A stretch of DNA of 64,000 nt from Candidatus Latescibacterota bacterium (GCA_965205975.1 OZ242195.1:1760001-1824000); one strand, 5' to 3'. Numbered from the stretch's first letter, positions 1-10,506 are shown. Notes: a model not told the origin generated them from the sequence alone. Numbers and translations: made by a program.

Positions 1-1205
1 CGATACCCCTGTTCGGCTCGAATAGCCCAGTCAATTGCCCTGTGTACATCGGGTGTGCGAACAATGGGGACAAACGGCATCATCTGCTCGTGTTGAACAA
101 AATCGTGCTCATTCTCAACCTCGCCAATTAAAAGTTCTGTATCGGGCGAAATATTGAGGCCAATTTGAGCAGCAAGCACATGCGCGCTGCGACCGACGAG
201 ATCGCGACTGAGCATCCAATCGCCCTTTTCATCGCGAGGAAAAGCGATTTTGGTCAGCGCATCAATTTGAGATCGGTCGAGTTCCACACAATTATTTGCC
301 TTCAGATGACGCATCAGATCATCGACCACGGATTGAACAGCAAAAACTTCCTTTTCACCAATACACAGAATATTATTGTCAAAACCGCCACCTTCAATAA
401 TGCTGATAGCGGCCTTTTCGATATCGGCGGTCTCATCCACCACCACAGGTGGATTACCAGGACCGGCCGCGATCACGCGCTTGGGCGCTTGCATGGCTGC
501 CTTGACAACACCGCCCCCACCGGTGACGAGAACGAGATCGATGCCGGGATGCACAAAAAGGCTCTGCGCCGTTTCTATGGAAGGTTCCCGCACAGCAACG
601 AGCAAATTTGGTGGCCCGCCCGCACCAGCAATGGCGCGATTGAGCATTTGAAGACCTAGAGCCGAAACATTTTTTGCGCTCGGATGGGGCGCAAACACCG
701 CACTATTGCCCGCAGCGATAAAGCTAATTGCATTGTTGACCATCGTGGGGACCGGGTGCGTGGATGGCGTGACCGCTGCTATCACACCAAAAGGTGCCAT
801 TTCAACAACCGTCAAACCATTGTCGCCCGTCCACGCCGTGGGCTGCAAATCTTCAACGCCAGGCGTGTGCTGTGCAACAACCTCGAATTTGCGAATTTTG
901 TGCGGCACCTTGCCCATGCCGGTTTCTTCAACGGTTTTTTGCGCGATACCCTTTGAATGCGCCATAGATTCGCGGCGGATCGCAGAAATAAGCCCGCGGC
1001 GCTGCTCCAGGCTCATCGCTTCGAGGGCACGCTGGGCTTCTGAAGCCGCGGCAATAGCTTCTTCCAGATCTTCAAAAAGACCATCGTCGCCTTTGTCTTC
1101 ATAGCGAGCTGGCGGTGCAATAACCGCAGGAGCTTCGCGCTCAGCCACAAGGCGACGCACAACCTGCTCAACCACCGATTGGATTTGGATTTCGTCTAAG
1201 TTCAT
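1..1205 (-). CDS. eutE: BMC-associated CoA-acylating aldehyde dehydrogenase (EutE/PduP family), partial, runs off the left edge
   Basis: Absent from the ORF track because it has no stop in the window. Read manually from ATG at 1205: MNLDEIQIQSVVEQVVRRL (encapsulation-peptide-like), TGDNGLTVVEMAPFGVIAAVTPSTHP, VTGGGGVVKAA, AGPGNPPVVVDETAD, FDNNILCIGEKE, EQMMPFVPIVR. Sits in a BMC operon. Confidence 0.92.
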   Translation of the reverse strand, partial: MNLDEIQIQSVVEQVVRRLVAEREAPAVIAPPARYEDKGDDGLFEDLEEAIAAASEAQRALEAMSLEQRRGLISAIRRESMAHSKGIAQKTVEETGMGKVPHKIRKFEVVAQHTPGVEDLQPTAWTGDNGLTVVEMAPFGVIAAVTPSTHPVPTMVNNAISFIAAGNSAVFAPHPSAKNVSALGLQMLNRAIAGAGGPPNLLVAVREPSIETAQSLFVHPGIDLVLVTGGGGVVKAAMQAPKRVIAAGPGNPPVVVDETADIEKAAISIIEGGGFDNNILCIGEKEVFAVQSVVDDLMRHLKANNCVELDRSQIDALTKIAFPRDEKGDWMLSRDLVGRSAHVLAAQIGLNISPDTELLIGEVENEHDFVQHEQMMPFVPIVRTPDVHRAIDWAIRAEQGY

Positions 1206-1206
1206 A

Positions 1207-1230
1207 TCTCACTTCACACTTCTCACTTCT
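1207..1230. repeat. Degenerate heptamer tandem repeat (TCACTTC-like) at the eutN/eutE junction
   Basis: tctcacttcacacttctcacttct; contains the eutN stop codon. Confidence 0.5.
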
Positions 1231-1513
1231 GATAAACCGCTTCACCATCGATTTCTGCCGTGTCGATAATAGCAACGATCACAGCATCGACAGGACGATT
1301 TTCAGTCACACTTGTCAGGCGAGCGGAACTCCCACTACAACAGAGCACGACTTCGCCATCGCCTGCACCAACAGCATCTACGGCGACCAAAAAATTTTCT
1401 TTAAGTTCGAATGCGGGCAAATCGAACGTTTGGACGATCTGGAGCTTAAAACCCGCCAGGCCGCTGTCTTTTTGGGTGGCAACCACCGTTCCCACCACCT
1501 TGCCGAGGGTCAT
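1223..1513 (-). CDS. eutN: BMC pentamer shell protein, EutN/CcmL family
   Basis: GKVVGTVVATQKD...VAVDAVGAGDGEVVL..SGSSAR...PVDAVIVAIID. Confidence 0.95.
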   Translation of the reverse strand: MTLGKVVGTVVATQKDSGLAGFKLQIVQTFDLPAFELKENFLVAVDAVGAGDGEVVLCCSGSSARLTSVTENRPVDAVIVAIIDTAEIDGEAVYQK

Positions 1514-1516
1514 AGT

Positions 1517-1801
1517 TTAGTCGTTTGAAGAGCCGATAGGCAGAATATTTTCAAGGCTACCATGTGGTCGCGGAATGACGTGTACGGAAACGAGTTCGCC
1601 AATTTTGCCAGCAGCAGCAGCACCGGCTTCCGTTGCGGCTTTGACCGCTGCCACATCGCCGCGAACAATAGCAGTGACATATCCCGCGCCAATGCGTTCC
1701 CAATTGACAAATTGGACATTGGCGGCTTTGACCATTGCATCTGCCGCTTCAATCATCGCTACGAGACCTTTGGTCTCAATCATACCGAGGGCTTCACCCA
1801 T
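1517..1801 (-). CDS. BMC hexamer shell protein (EutM/PduA-like)
   Basis: [26 protein letters not shown]...[14 protein letters not shown]...VHVIPRPH. Confidence 0.96.
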   Translation of the reverse strand: MGEALGMIETKGLVAMIEAADAMVKAANVQFVNWERIGAGYVTAIVRGDVAAVKAATEAGAAAAGKIGELVSVHVIPRPHGSLENILPIGSSND

Positions 1802-1825
1802 GTTGCTATTCCTCCTGAAAAATGA

Positions 1826-2098
1826 TCATTGGGTACTAAAAATAACTGCTTCTACTTGTGGATCGAGACTTGGGATAACGTGAGCGGAAATGAGATCTCC
1901 AACGCGCTCGGCAGCTTCTGTTCCCGCTTCGATAGCTGCGCGAACCGCCCCCACATCGCCGCGCACCAGTGTAGTGGTATATCCCGCACCGATTTTTTCG
2001 TACTTTTCAATCGTGACCAGGGCTGTCTTGACCATCGCATCGGCAGCTTCTGTTGTGCCAATAACGCCGAGTGTTTCAATCATACCAAGTGCGGTCAT
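1826..2098 (-). CDS. BMC hexamer shell protein
   Basis: ALGMIETLG...EAADAMVK...RGDVGAVRAAIEAG...HVIP. Confidence 0.94.
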   Translation of the reverse strand: MTALGMIETLGVIGTTEAADAMVKTALVTIEKYEKIGAGYTTTLVRGDVGAVRAAIEAGTEAAERVGDLISAHVIPSLDPQVEAVIFSTQ

Positions 2099-2109
2099 TA
2101 AGCCCCTTC

Positions 2110-2817
2110 TTATCTTATCATAAATGCCGTATCACCGCAGACGAGATCGGCTGCGTTGGCATCGTCGGTATCCAGATGGAGTTCGGGCAAATAGCTTTCG
2201 TCTATTTTGAGGCGCACATTGTCATATACAACGCCTTTTTCGCCTCCCACGCGCACCCTGACAGATTCCCGTCCTTGAAAGCCATAATCTATTACATCAG
2301 ATGGACGCAGGTGAATATGGCGCGCCGCGCGAATGGCTGCGTTGACCGTGACCGACCCTCTGGGACCGATAAAAGTAACAGGTGGCGCATCTCTCAGGTC
2401 TCCAGAATCCCTCACAGGAGGATCAACGCCGATATAGATGGCATCTGTTCGGGCGAGTTCAACCTGATTATAGTCGCGACTGGGACCGAGAATCCGCACG
2501 CGCTCGATCGCACGCAGCCGGGGACCAACAACGGAAATGACTTCCTCGGCGGCAAAAGCACCCGGTTGGTAAAGCTCGCGATAAGGCGTTAAGGTATGAC
2601 CTGCACCAAAAAGGATCTCCAAGGTTTCGTCATCAACATGCGCATGCCGAGCAGATACACCTACGGAAACGGGAATATCTTTGCTGTCTCCACCGCGTAT
2701 CTGACGTACGACTTCTCGTGCAATGCGGTCAATCGCATCGCTTTCCCCACTGTTTTGCCCGAAAGAACAAAGACCGCAGTCATCGCATGCAGAGGCATTT
2801 TTTCGCATTGGAAGCAT
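2110..2817 (-). CDS. pduL: Phosphate propanoyltransferase (PduL) with N-terminal Cys motif and encapsulation peptide
   Basis: VGVSARHAH, LYQPGAFAA, RILGPSR..QVELARTD, VRDSGDL, RHIH, LHLDTDDANAA. Confidence 0.93.
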   Translation of the reverse strand: MLPMRKNASACDDCGLCSFGQNSGESDAIDRIAREVVRQIRGGDSKDIPVSVGVSARHAHVDDETLEILFGAGHTLTPYRELYQPGAFAAEEVISVVGPRLRAIERVRILGPSRDYNQVELARTDAIYIGVDPPVRDSGDLRDAPPVTFIGPRGSVTVNAAIRAARHIHLRPSDVIDYGFQGRESVRVRVGGEKGVVYDNVRLKIDESYLPELHLDTDDANAADLVCGDTAFMIR

Positions 2818-2976
2818 TGTCTAAAGTTTTGTATCAGGTGCTGTTTACAAGAGGCGAAAAATAGCCCATGACTGCTGTAAAGTCAAGAGCTAAACACGCC
2901 GTAAAAAGCGCCATGCTTGACAAGTATCGCGCTTTGAACCAAATTCAGAGAGATTGTTTTATTTTTTCTAACCATC

Positions 2977-4596
2977 ATGAGAAATATACACTTGCTACTC
3001 AGATTGCTCAGGTGCATCCTGCTGTTTTTCTGTATAGTCAGTCCAGTAATCAGCGAAGATGCCTCACCCGATATCCCGCTGCGACATCCCGTGTATTCCC
3101 TGTTAGATCGCCTGAATGCGCGAGGTTGGATTGCCGCGCCCGATACGCGGCCCTTGACCCGGATACAAGTTGCACAGATACTCTCCGCCGTATCAAATCA
3201 ATCTATGTCGGCAACCGAGCGCGACCTCACCGACCGATATATCGCAGAACTGGAAAATCTCGCGGCTTTTACACGCGAACCCCGCTGGACCTGGCGCGAT
3301 TCTGCGACATCCATCATCATCGAACCGCTGGTGCGGCAACAGGTGATTGCACGCAGGGGCGATGGATTTGTGAACGAGACCGCGTCTCAAACCCATATCG
3401 GCGGTTCTGTGCGCGGGCGATTCCACACATTGGGATTTTATACCCGCCACTTTGAGGCCCGCGAATGGAGCAACCAACCGCGTCTTCGCCGAGAAGATGT
3501 GCTGGCTCACCCCATTGAAGACGTACAACTCAAGGACAAAAAGGCAGATTTTCGCGAAAGTATATTTCAACTGGCCTGGGCAAATTCATGGATGCGTATA
3601 GATGCGGGTAAAGGAAGCCTCAGTTGGGGGCCTGGGCGCACGGGGAATTTATTGATCTCCAACAATGCGCCTTCTTATGGCCTGTTTCGATTGCAGGCAT
3701 CTCGCGGCCGACTGCGCTATACCCATATCGCTTCATCACTGCGCGCCCGCCCGGGATTAATCGACACAACGCGACGGTGGATCGACAATGGGCATGTGCG
3801 TATTTTTTTGCGACAAAAGCGACTGGCCGCGCACCGACTGGAGATTGCGTTCTCAAAAGTGCGAATTGGGTTGCACGAAGCCGTGGTATATGGTGACCGG
3901 GGATTTGAGCTGCTCTACGTTCTGCCGGTGGCCGTATTTGCCGGAACTCAAAATCACCTGGGAAATCGCGACAATCTCGTAATAGGAGCCGATATATCGG
4001 CTCGCATCCGGACGGGACTGACGTTTTACGGCGCGTGGTTTTTCGACGATATGGTCAAATTTGATCCCGATGCATTTTCCAACCAGTTTGCCTTTCAAGT
4101 GGGTGCGTTCTGGGTTGATCCGATGGGCTTGCGAGATACTGATGTGCGCGCCGAATACGTGCGCGTGGAGCCTTATGTGTACGCGCACAATTTTGACATC
4201 AATACGTATGAACACTACGACACCCTGCTGGGCTATCCAACCGGACCAAATGCAGACCGATATTTTGCGCAAGTGACACACCGCTTTTCATCGAGCTTGA
4301 ATGTGTCTTTAACTTTTGCAAAAGAGCGGCAAGGTGAAAATCCAGTAAATCCAGATGGAACAATTGTCAATGTGGGAGGCAATGCACAACTGGGACGTCG
4401 GTTACAGGATGCCCCCACGCGAGACTTTATGTCGGGCGATGTGGAGACATACCAAAAAATAGGTGGCCGCGTGGAATTTACACCCGTGACAAATTGGATT
4501 TTACAGATACAGTATCAACACCATCGTATTATAACCCCGCAAAATAGAACAACGGGGCATGAGTGGACAGCGACAATGGATGTAAACTTCTATTGA
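2977..4596 (+). CDS. Capsule assembly Wzi-like outer-membrane protein
   Basis: Signal peptide; RPLTR..VA; SWGPGRTGNLLISNNAP; LGYPTGPNAD; C-terminal aromatic residue (VNFY). Confidence 0.7.
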   Translation: MRNIHLLLRLLRCILLFFCIVSPVISEDASPDIPLRHPVYSLLDRLNARGWIAAPDTRPLTRIQVAQILSAVSNQSMSATERDLTDRYIAELENLAAFTREPRWTWRDSATSIIIEPLVRQQVIARRGDGFVNETASQTHIGGSVRGRFHTLGFYTRHFEAREWSNQPRLRREDVLAHPIEDVQLKDKKADFRESIFQLAWANSWMRIDAGKGSLSWGPGRTGNLLISNNAPSYGLFRLQASRGRLRYTHIASSLRARPGLIDTTRRWIDNGHVRIFLRQKRLAAHRLEIAFSKVRIGLHEAVVYGDRGFELLYVLPVAVFAGTQNHLGNRDNLVIGADISARIRTGLTFYGAWFFDDMVKFDPDAFSNQFAFQVGAFWVDPMGLRDTDVRAEYVRVEPYVYAHNFDINTYEHYDTLLGYPTGPNADRYFAQVTHRFSSSLNVSLTFAKERQGENPVNPDGTIVNVGGNAQLGRRLQDAPTRDFMSGDVETYQKIGGRVEFTPVTNWILQIQYQHHRIITPQNRTTGHEWTATMDVNFY

Positions 4597-4609
4597 TCGG
4601 AAAAGAGAA

Positions 4610-5776
4610 ATGAGTCATCGCCAGTGCCTGTGGGGCCTTCTCGCATTCGCATTGTTATTGCGCGTAGGCTTTGGGTTGACGCAATCCGATTTGACCAATG
4701 CATCTGATGAGGTACACTGGGATCGCCTCGGGCAGGCTTATGTCGCCTTGGGGATTTTGCACCCCGATACTGGAATGTACCGCCCCCCATTATACGGCTT
4801 ATTTCTGGCGGGCATGTATCGTACATTTGGTCATAATCTCGTCCTGGTGCGGATTGTCCAGGCCATCATGGGCACAATCACATGCTATCTCATCTATGTT
4901 CTGGGCTGTAAAATGGGCAAGGTTGCAGTCGGTTTGTTCGCTGCGGGTTTGTTCGCTATTTATCCGTTATTTGTATTTTTTTCTGGCGTATTGATGGCCG
5001 AAACCCTTCTGATTTTGCTGACGACTATTAGCTTTGTGTCTTGTATTCAATTTTGGCAAAAGAGCACCTTCACAATGGCGATGGTATTTGGCGGGATTGT
5101 GGGGCTGTCCGCACTTTGCAAGCCCATTTTATTGCCCTGGCTGCCTCTTATTTTCTTTTTTTGGTGGCGAAAATCGAGCCTGACACCTGTACAAAAAACA
5201 GCGCGTGTACTAACTGTAATCGGCGTACTTTGCCTGATTATTTTGCCGTGGACAGCGCGCAATCATATCATCTCGGGCGAATTCGTTCCCATCTCGACAA
5301 ATTTGGGAATCAACTTGCTGGTGGGGGCACATCCCGAGGGACACGGTGTTTACGACAATCGCATCGATTATCTGGCACTTTATCACACACTGGCCGACAC
5401 ATCTCAGGGCGCAACAGCCGACCGCCGCGTCGCAGGCATTGTGCTGAAGTGGATAATCGCACAACCACTGCACTATCTGAGTTTGAGCATTGACAAATTG
5501 CTCTATTTTTGGTGCTCCTGGGTTCCGGGAGAACCGCCATTGTACAATGCAATTGCCGTGATTTCCTGTACCCCCCTCCTGATACTGGGACTTGCCAGCA
5601 CATTTATCCAACGCCACAGGCCCGAAGGTCTGGTGCTTATTCTACTGATAATTTGCATGTCACTATTGCACATGGTATTCTTTGCTCACACACGCTTTCG
5701 GCTACCTATTGATGCGGTTTTGTGCGCGCCTGCTGCGTGGATATGCGTACAGTGGATTAATGGGACGGAACGGTAA
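4610..5776 (+). CDS. GT-C glycosyltransferase, family 39 (ArnT/PMT-like)
   Basis: SDE near N-terminus, YRPPLY, LMAETL, LPWTARN, RFRLP; many TM helices. Confidence 0.85.
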   Translation: MSHRQCLWGLLAFALLLRVGFGLTQSDLTNASDEVHWDRLGQAYVALGILHPDTGMYRPPLYGLFLAGMYRTFGHNLVLVRIVQAIMGTITCYLIYVLGCKMGKVAVGLFAAGLFAIYPLFVFFSGVLMAETLLILLTTISFVSCIQFWQKSTFTMAMVFGGIVGLSALCKPILLPWLPLIFFFWWRKSSLTPVQKTARVLTVIGVLCLIILPWTARNHIISGEFVPISTNLGINLLVGAHPEGHGVYDNRIDYLALYHTLADTSQGATADRRVAGIVLKWIIAQPLHYLSLSIDKLLYFWCSWVPGEPPLYNAIAVISCTPLLILGLASTFIQRHRPEGLVLILLIICMSLLHMVFFAHTRFRLPIDAVLCAPAAWICVQWINGTER

Positions 5777-5782
5777 TTGTAA

Positions 5783-7021
5783 ATGCGCGTGGCAATGCAC
5801 ATACGCGGCAATCGGGTTTTGCGATATATCGTCGTTTGTGGCATTTTATTTTTGTCTCTATGGGTTGCTGTTTTCGGGTTTTCATCGTTCAGACAGTTTT
5901 GGAACATGCCGCAAACGCCTCTTATTTTTCCCGACTCACACACCATTATAACCGGTTCCGAATCGCATGCCTTGGGCTACGATCCGATGTTTGAAAACAT
6001 CGCAGATCCTTATGATAGAGAGATGAACTATCCAAGAATCTGGCAATGCCTGTTTTGGCTGCCGATCAACAGCGATCACCTGGTAATTTTAGCTGGGGCT
6101 TTTATCCTGCTGTTCTTTGTCGGAATTTTTTTGTTTTTAAAAACAATTGATACCCAAACAGCTTTCTTTTTAGGGGCTGTGACGTTTTCACCTTCAGCGA
6201 TTTTTGGGCTACAATCTGGCAACAACGATCTCGTTGTTTTTTTTGTCGTAGCACTGGCATTGAGGTTGGGGGATCGCTCGAAACTTTGGGGATCAGTCGC
6301 TATGTTCTTCGCAGCTGTGCTGAAGGTATTTCCAATTTTTGGATTGGCACAGCTTTTGACAGAAGATAAACGCGACTTCTGGCGAATTCTAATGCCACTT
6401 GCTGCGCTTTTTCTGGCCTACTGCTGGATATCACTCGATGATTTTCGGCAAATTTACAGTGTAACACCTCGAGGACGCAGTGGTGCTTATGGCGTATATG
6501 TTCTGCCCCTGATGATTGAAAAAAACCTGCAAAAGTGGGCGATTTTCCCCGACTTGCGCGCAGGGATAATTGCGGCAGCACCGATATTTTTTTACGTCAT
6601 CGCCGGTTTGATCTTTTTGATTTCGCTTTACGCGCTGGTTAACAAAAATACCTCGCCTCGCCCGGTTGCGGGGATACATATCAGTCCATTTCGAGTGGGA
6701 GCGTGTATTTACATCGGCAGCTTTTTGCTCGCCAGCAACTGGAATTACCGGATGATCTTTCTCATTTTTACAATTCCCCAACTCTTTGCATGGTTGCCCG
6801 TCGCAGATATCCGACTTTTGCGTATTCTTCGGATCATCCTGGCCTGCATTTTATTTTCTTGCTGGTCAATGTTTATACAGGGTATTTTGGGATCTTACAT
6901 TTTTATTCTGGACGAGATTGCCAATTGGGTCGTTTTTGCTGGACTCATATACCTATTTCTCGCATCACTGCCCAACTGGCTATTCGATACCCTGCTATGT
7001 CTTGTTCCTGTTCGACGATAA
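5783..7021 (+). CDS. Polytopic membrane protein, probable GT87-like GT-C glycosyltransferase
   Basis: NYPRIW, GNNDLVVF, LKVFPI, NWNYRMIF motifs; about 10 TM segments. Confidence 0.6.
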   Translation: MRVAMHIRGNRVLRYIVVCGILFLSLWVAVFGFSSFRQFWNMPQTPLIFPDSHTIITGSESHALGYDPMFENIADPYDREMNYPRIWQCLFWLPINSDHLVILAGAFILLFFVGIFLFLKTIDTQTAFFLGAVTFSPSAIFGLQSGNNDLVVFFVVALALRLGDRSKLWGSVAMFFAAVLKVFPIFGLAQLLTEDKRDFWRILMPLAALFLAYCWISLDDFRQIYSVTPRGRSGAYGVYVLPLMIEKNLQKWAIFPDLRAGIIAAAPIFFYVIAGLIFLISLYALVNKNTSPRPVAGIHISPFRVGACIYIGSFLLASNWNYRMIFLIFTIPQLFAWLPVADIRLLRILRIILACILFSCWSMFIQGILGSYIFILDEIANWVVFAGLIYLFLASLPNWLFDTLLCLVPVRR

Positions 7022-7086
7022 TTGAGACGCGAACAAAGCAATCCATTTTTGAATAAAGACCTCACTACTGGAACCTTTTTTATTTT

Positions 7087-8484
7087 ATGATGACGCTTCG
7101 AGCAGATTTTTTTGACCCTGCAAAACCTCACCTGCTGGTTCTGGTGTGCTTTGGGCAGATATTGTTGATTGCACTGCCGTTTTTAGTAAATGACGCGCTT
7201 GCGGCGATTCTCGTCTTGAGCTTGTTGTCGGCGATCGCACTTTTTGGCTCTCTCACGCTATCAGTGCTCTATTTGTGTTTCACCGCCGCGGTTGTGCCTT
7301 CCTGGTTTTACGAAGACTATCTGACCTTGCCTCTGGACTTCAAATTTTATGAAGGCCTTCTCGTCGTGGTAATGGGCATTGCCGGGCTCAACTATTTGTT
7401 GGAAGGCCGATGGAATTGGCGACGGCATACGTTTTTGGATCGACCAATGCGCGTATTGCTGGGGCTGGTCGTATTTTCCTGCTTATTGGGGTTGATCTAC
7501 GGACAATCGATCTCGCAAATGTTACGCGACGTGCGCTATCCATTGTACTACGCGTTGTTCTTTGTGGTAACATGGTTTTTGGATGTGCGGCGATTCTCCA
7601 CATTCCTGCATTTATTTTTGCTCATCGCCGCAATTGTCGGCATCGAGTATTTGTTTGAATTCCTTTTACAGGTGGATACGGACATTGCGGGTGGTTTCGT
7701 TAGAGTCGCACGGCTCGAAGGCATTGTGTTGCCAATGGGCATGCTCATCATCGCCGCCATTTTGTTATTTGAAGCACGGGCATATAGACGAGCATGGGCG
7801 TGGGGCGCGATATTGCCTATCGGGCTGGCCCTGGTTTTGACAATGGGTCGGGGCATGTGGATTTCCCTATTCGTAGGGCTGGGTAGCCTGGTCGCGTTGA
7901 CCGCACTGGATAAACAGGCTCCACCCCGACGCCTGTCGCGTCTTTTTGTCGTGGCATTGATCCCCCTGTTGCTACTGGCGATAGGGTATATTTTTCAGCA
8001 ACAAACCCGTGCTGCCGTCAGTGATATCGCATTGGACCGCGTAACGCGTAGCGTCGAAGCCATAAGTGGGCGATTGATATCTTATGGCAATGCACTGGAA
8101 AAAATTCGTCAGCGCCCTTTACTCGGCGGCGGACACGGTGAAACTGTGACTTCTTTGGTGACATTTCCGCCACCGCCACAGATATTGACAGTAGGTGCAG
8201 TTGACAATGTTTATTTAACGATTGGGATGCGAATGGGGCTGGTTGGCATCGCGGCGTTTTTGTGGGTCTTTGGTTTTGCCCTCTGGCGTGCGTATCTATT
8301 ATTCCAACGAAGTTCCGATGCTCGCGTACGTCTGTTTTGTGCGGCATTTATCGCTATCTACGCTGCACTCCTCGTCTATGGTATGGCAGATGCAACCCTC
8401 TTTGCCAATCGGTTGATCTTTATCCATGCGACATTTTTGGGACTTATCGCGCGGCTGGTAGCAGAGGAAAAAAATGATGCCTGA
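7087..8484 (+). CDS. O-antigen ligase/polymerase family protein (Wzy_C)
   Basis: LTMGRGMW, R.....A...I.QRPLLGGGHG, VDNVYL..GMRMGLVG; polytopic. Confidence 0.8.
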   Translation: MMTLRADFFDPAKPHLLVLVCFGQILLIALPFLVNDALAAILVLSLLSAIALFGSLTLSVLYLCFTAAVVPSWFYEDYLTLPLDFKFYEGLLVVVMGIAGLNYLLEGRWNWRRHTFLDRPMRVLLGLVVFSCLLGLIYGQSISQMLRDVRYPLYYALFFVVTWFLDVRRFSTFLHLFLLIAAIVGIEYLFEFLLQVDTDIAGGFVRVARLEGIVLPMGMLIIAAILLFEARAYRRAWAWGAILPIGLALVLTMGRGMWISLFVGLGSLVALTALDKQAPPRRLSRLFVVALIPLLLLAIGYIFQQQTRAAVSDIALDRVTRSVEAISGRLISYGNALEKIRQRPLLGGGHGETVTSLVTFPPPPQILTVGAVDNVYLTIGMRMGLVGIAAFLWVFGFALWRAYLLFQRSSDARVRLFCAAFIAIYAALLVYGMADATLFANRLIFIHATFLGLIARLVAEEKNDA

Positions 8485-9397
8485 GCACGTAACAGCAATA
8501 GTGGTCAATTGGAATGCCGGAGAAAATCTGGCACAGTGCATTGCCGCCTTGATCAACCAGGAGGGAATTGATCTCGATGTGATCGTAGTGGATAACGCAT
8601 CGTCTGACGACAGCCTGGAGGTATTGGAAATTTATGGTGATCGCGTACGCGTGATTCAAACCGGCGCAAATCTGGGATTTGGGCGTGCCGTGAATCGCGG
8701 TGTGGCTGTCTCGCATAGCGCGATAGTCGTGGCTCTGAATCCCGATGTCGTGCTGCGACCAGATGCAGTGAATAGGATGGTGGAATTTTTGAACACACAC
8801 ACCAATGTGGGCCTGGTGGGGCCAAAGCTTAAAGACCCGGATGGACAGGTGTTCGCCTCATGCGGTGAAACACCCAGACTCAGAGACGAAATTTGTCGTA
8901 AATTCTTATTGCATCTAATATTTCCATTGCTTAAATTTCGGCGACGAAAGCCCTCCAAACCCGAAGCTGTAGCCTGGGTGACCGGGGCGTGTTTCGCGGT
9001 TCGCCGCCGCGTGCTGGATGCTGTCAACGGGTTGGATGAGGCCATTTTTATGTACTACGAAGATGTGGATCTCGGCCTGTGCATCAACCGGGCGGGTTGG
9101 CAGGTTATATATTTGCCCGACGCTGAAGGCATACACATTGGGGGCGAAAGTTCCAAACAGGCATTGACGCGGATGCTCGTGGTCAGCGAAGCATCTTATA
9201 CCTATTTTATTTCCAAACACCTGGGACAATGGGCCGCACGCTTACTCAGGCTCCTGCGTCCTGTAGAAATGACGTTGCGCACATTACTCTGGGGAAGTGT
9301 GTTTTTATTTGCACGCAGGCATCGCACAGAAGCGCAAGCGCGTTTGCGGGCTTACTGGTTTATCCTAACTCACGGTGCTGTGGAGGAAGGTCCATGA
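8474..9397 (+). CDS. Glycosyltransferase family 2
   Basis: VVDNASSDDS, NLGFGRAVN, LNPD, WVTGAC, FMYYEDVDL. Confidence 0.93.
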   Translation: MMPEHVTAIVVNWNAGENLAQCIAALINQEGIDLDVIVVDNASSDDSLEVLEIYGDRVRVIQTGANLGFGRAVNRGVAVSHSAIVVALNPDVVLRPDAVNRMVEFLNTHTNVGLVGPKLKDPDGQVFASCGETPRLRDEICRKFLLHLIFPLLKFRRRKPSKPEAVAWVTGACFAVRRRVLDAVNGLDEAIFMYYEDVDLGLCINRAGWQVIYLPDAEGIHIGGESSKQALTRMLVVSEASYTYFISKHLGQWAARLLRLLRPVEMTLRTLLWGSVFLFARRHRTEAQARLRAYWFILTHGAVEEGP

Positions 9398-10506
9398 TTC
9401 CCATTTTTCGTCCCTGGTTTGACGACGCAGAAGTCGAAGCTGTCCGCGAGGTATTGATGTCCGGTTGGGTTGGTCCCGGGGAAAAAGTCGAAGAACTCGA
9501 AGCGCGATTTGCCCATTATGTAGGGGCACAACACGCCGTATCTGTCAACTCGTGCTCTGCAGCACTTCTGTTGGCTCTAAAAATACTGGATATCGAAGGG
9601 GGCGAGGTCATTACCACACCGCTGACCTTTGTCTCAACCAATCACGCAATTTTGCAAAACGGAGCCACGCCAGTATTTTGCGACATCAATCCCGAAACAC
9701 TCAATATCGATCCAAATGCAATTGCCGCCAAAATCACGCCGCGCACCCGAGCGATTATGGTCGTGCATTTTGCCGGACATCCCTGCGACATGGATGAGAT
9801 TCTATCCATTGCAAACCAGCACGGGATTCCAGTTGTGGAAGACGCCGCACACGCCAGTGGCGCGCGTTACAAAGATCGGATGATCGGCGGTGTAGGCACA
9901 GTGACGTGTTTTAGTTTTGATGCGCGCAAAAATTTGTCAACCTGTGACGGTGGGATGTTGACCACCAATAATTCAGACCTCGCCGAACGCGCGCGAAAAT
10001 TGCGCTGGATGGGCATTTCGCGCGGCACTTATGATCGTTTTCGAAAAAATGGCGCAGAGCGCCGATGGGAATACGAAGTAGGCGAACTCGGCTATAAATG
10101 CTATATGAACGATCTCAATGCGGCAATTGGGCTGGTACAATTGGGTAAATTGGAGTCAGCCAATGCACAACGCCGAGAGATTTTTTTGGAATACGGACGT
10201 GCATTTGCCGCCCTCGACTGGATGCAAACACCTGTAGAAAAACCCCATGTTCGCAGTGCAATGCACGCTTATGTGGCACGCGTGTCCCAACGCGATGAAT
10301 TGATAGATCATCTGGGACAGCACAATATCGACGCGGGCGTACACTACAAACCCTGCCATTTATTTGAAGTGTACAAACCCTATCGCACAGACTTGCCTGT
10401 CACCGATGCTGTGTGGCGCGATCTGGTCACGCTGCCCTTGTTCCCAAGCATGACCGAAAACGAAATTGGACAAGTCATCGCAGCAGTAAAGAAGTTTGAA
10501 GTTTGA
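9394..10506 (+). CDS. DegT/DnrJ/EryC1/StrS sugar aminotransferase
   Basis: Start moved to ATG 9394 (GGAGG RBS, ATGA overlap with GT2). VVEDAAHASG, CFSFDARKNLSTCDGGM, LPLFP. Confidence 0.93.
   Translation: MIPIFRPWFDDAEVEAVREVLMSGWVGPGEKVEELEARFAHYVGAQHAVSVNSCSAALLLALKILDIEGGEVITTPLTFVSTNHAILQNGATPVFCDINPETLNIDPNAIAAKITPRTRAIMVVHFAGHPCDMDEILSIANQHGIPVVEDAAHASGARYKDRMIGGVGTVTCFSFDARKNLSTCDGGMLTTNNSDLAERARKLRWMGISRGTYDRFRKNGAERRWEYEVGELGYKCYMNDLNAAIGLVQLGKLESANAQRREIFLEYGRAFAALDWMQTPVEKPHVRSAMHAYVARVSQRDELIDHLGQHNIDAGVHYKPCHLFEVYKPYRTDLPVTDAVWRDLVTLPLFPSMTENEIGQVIAAVKKFEV

Noticed and set aside
165..1104. Plus-strand ORFs in the track
   Set aside because: Shadows of the minus-strand aldehyde dehydrogenase
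2868..3455. 195-aa alternative-frame ORF
   Set aside because: Overlaps the Wzi-like gene out of frame and has no motifs
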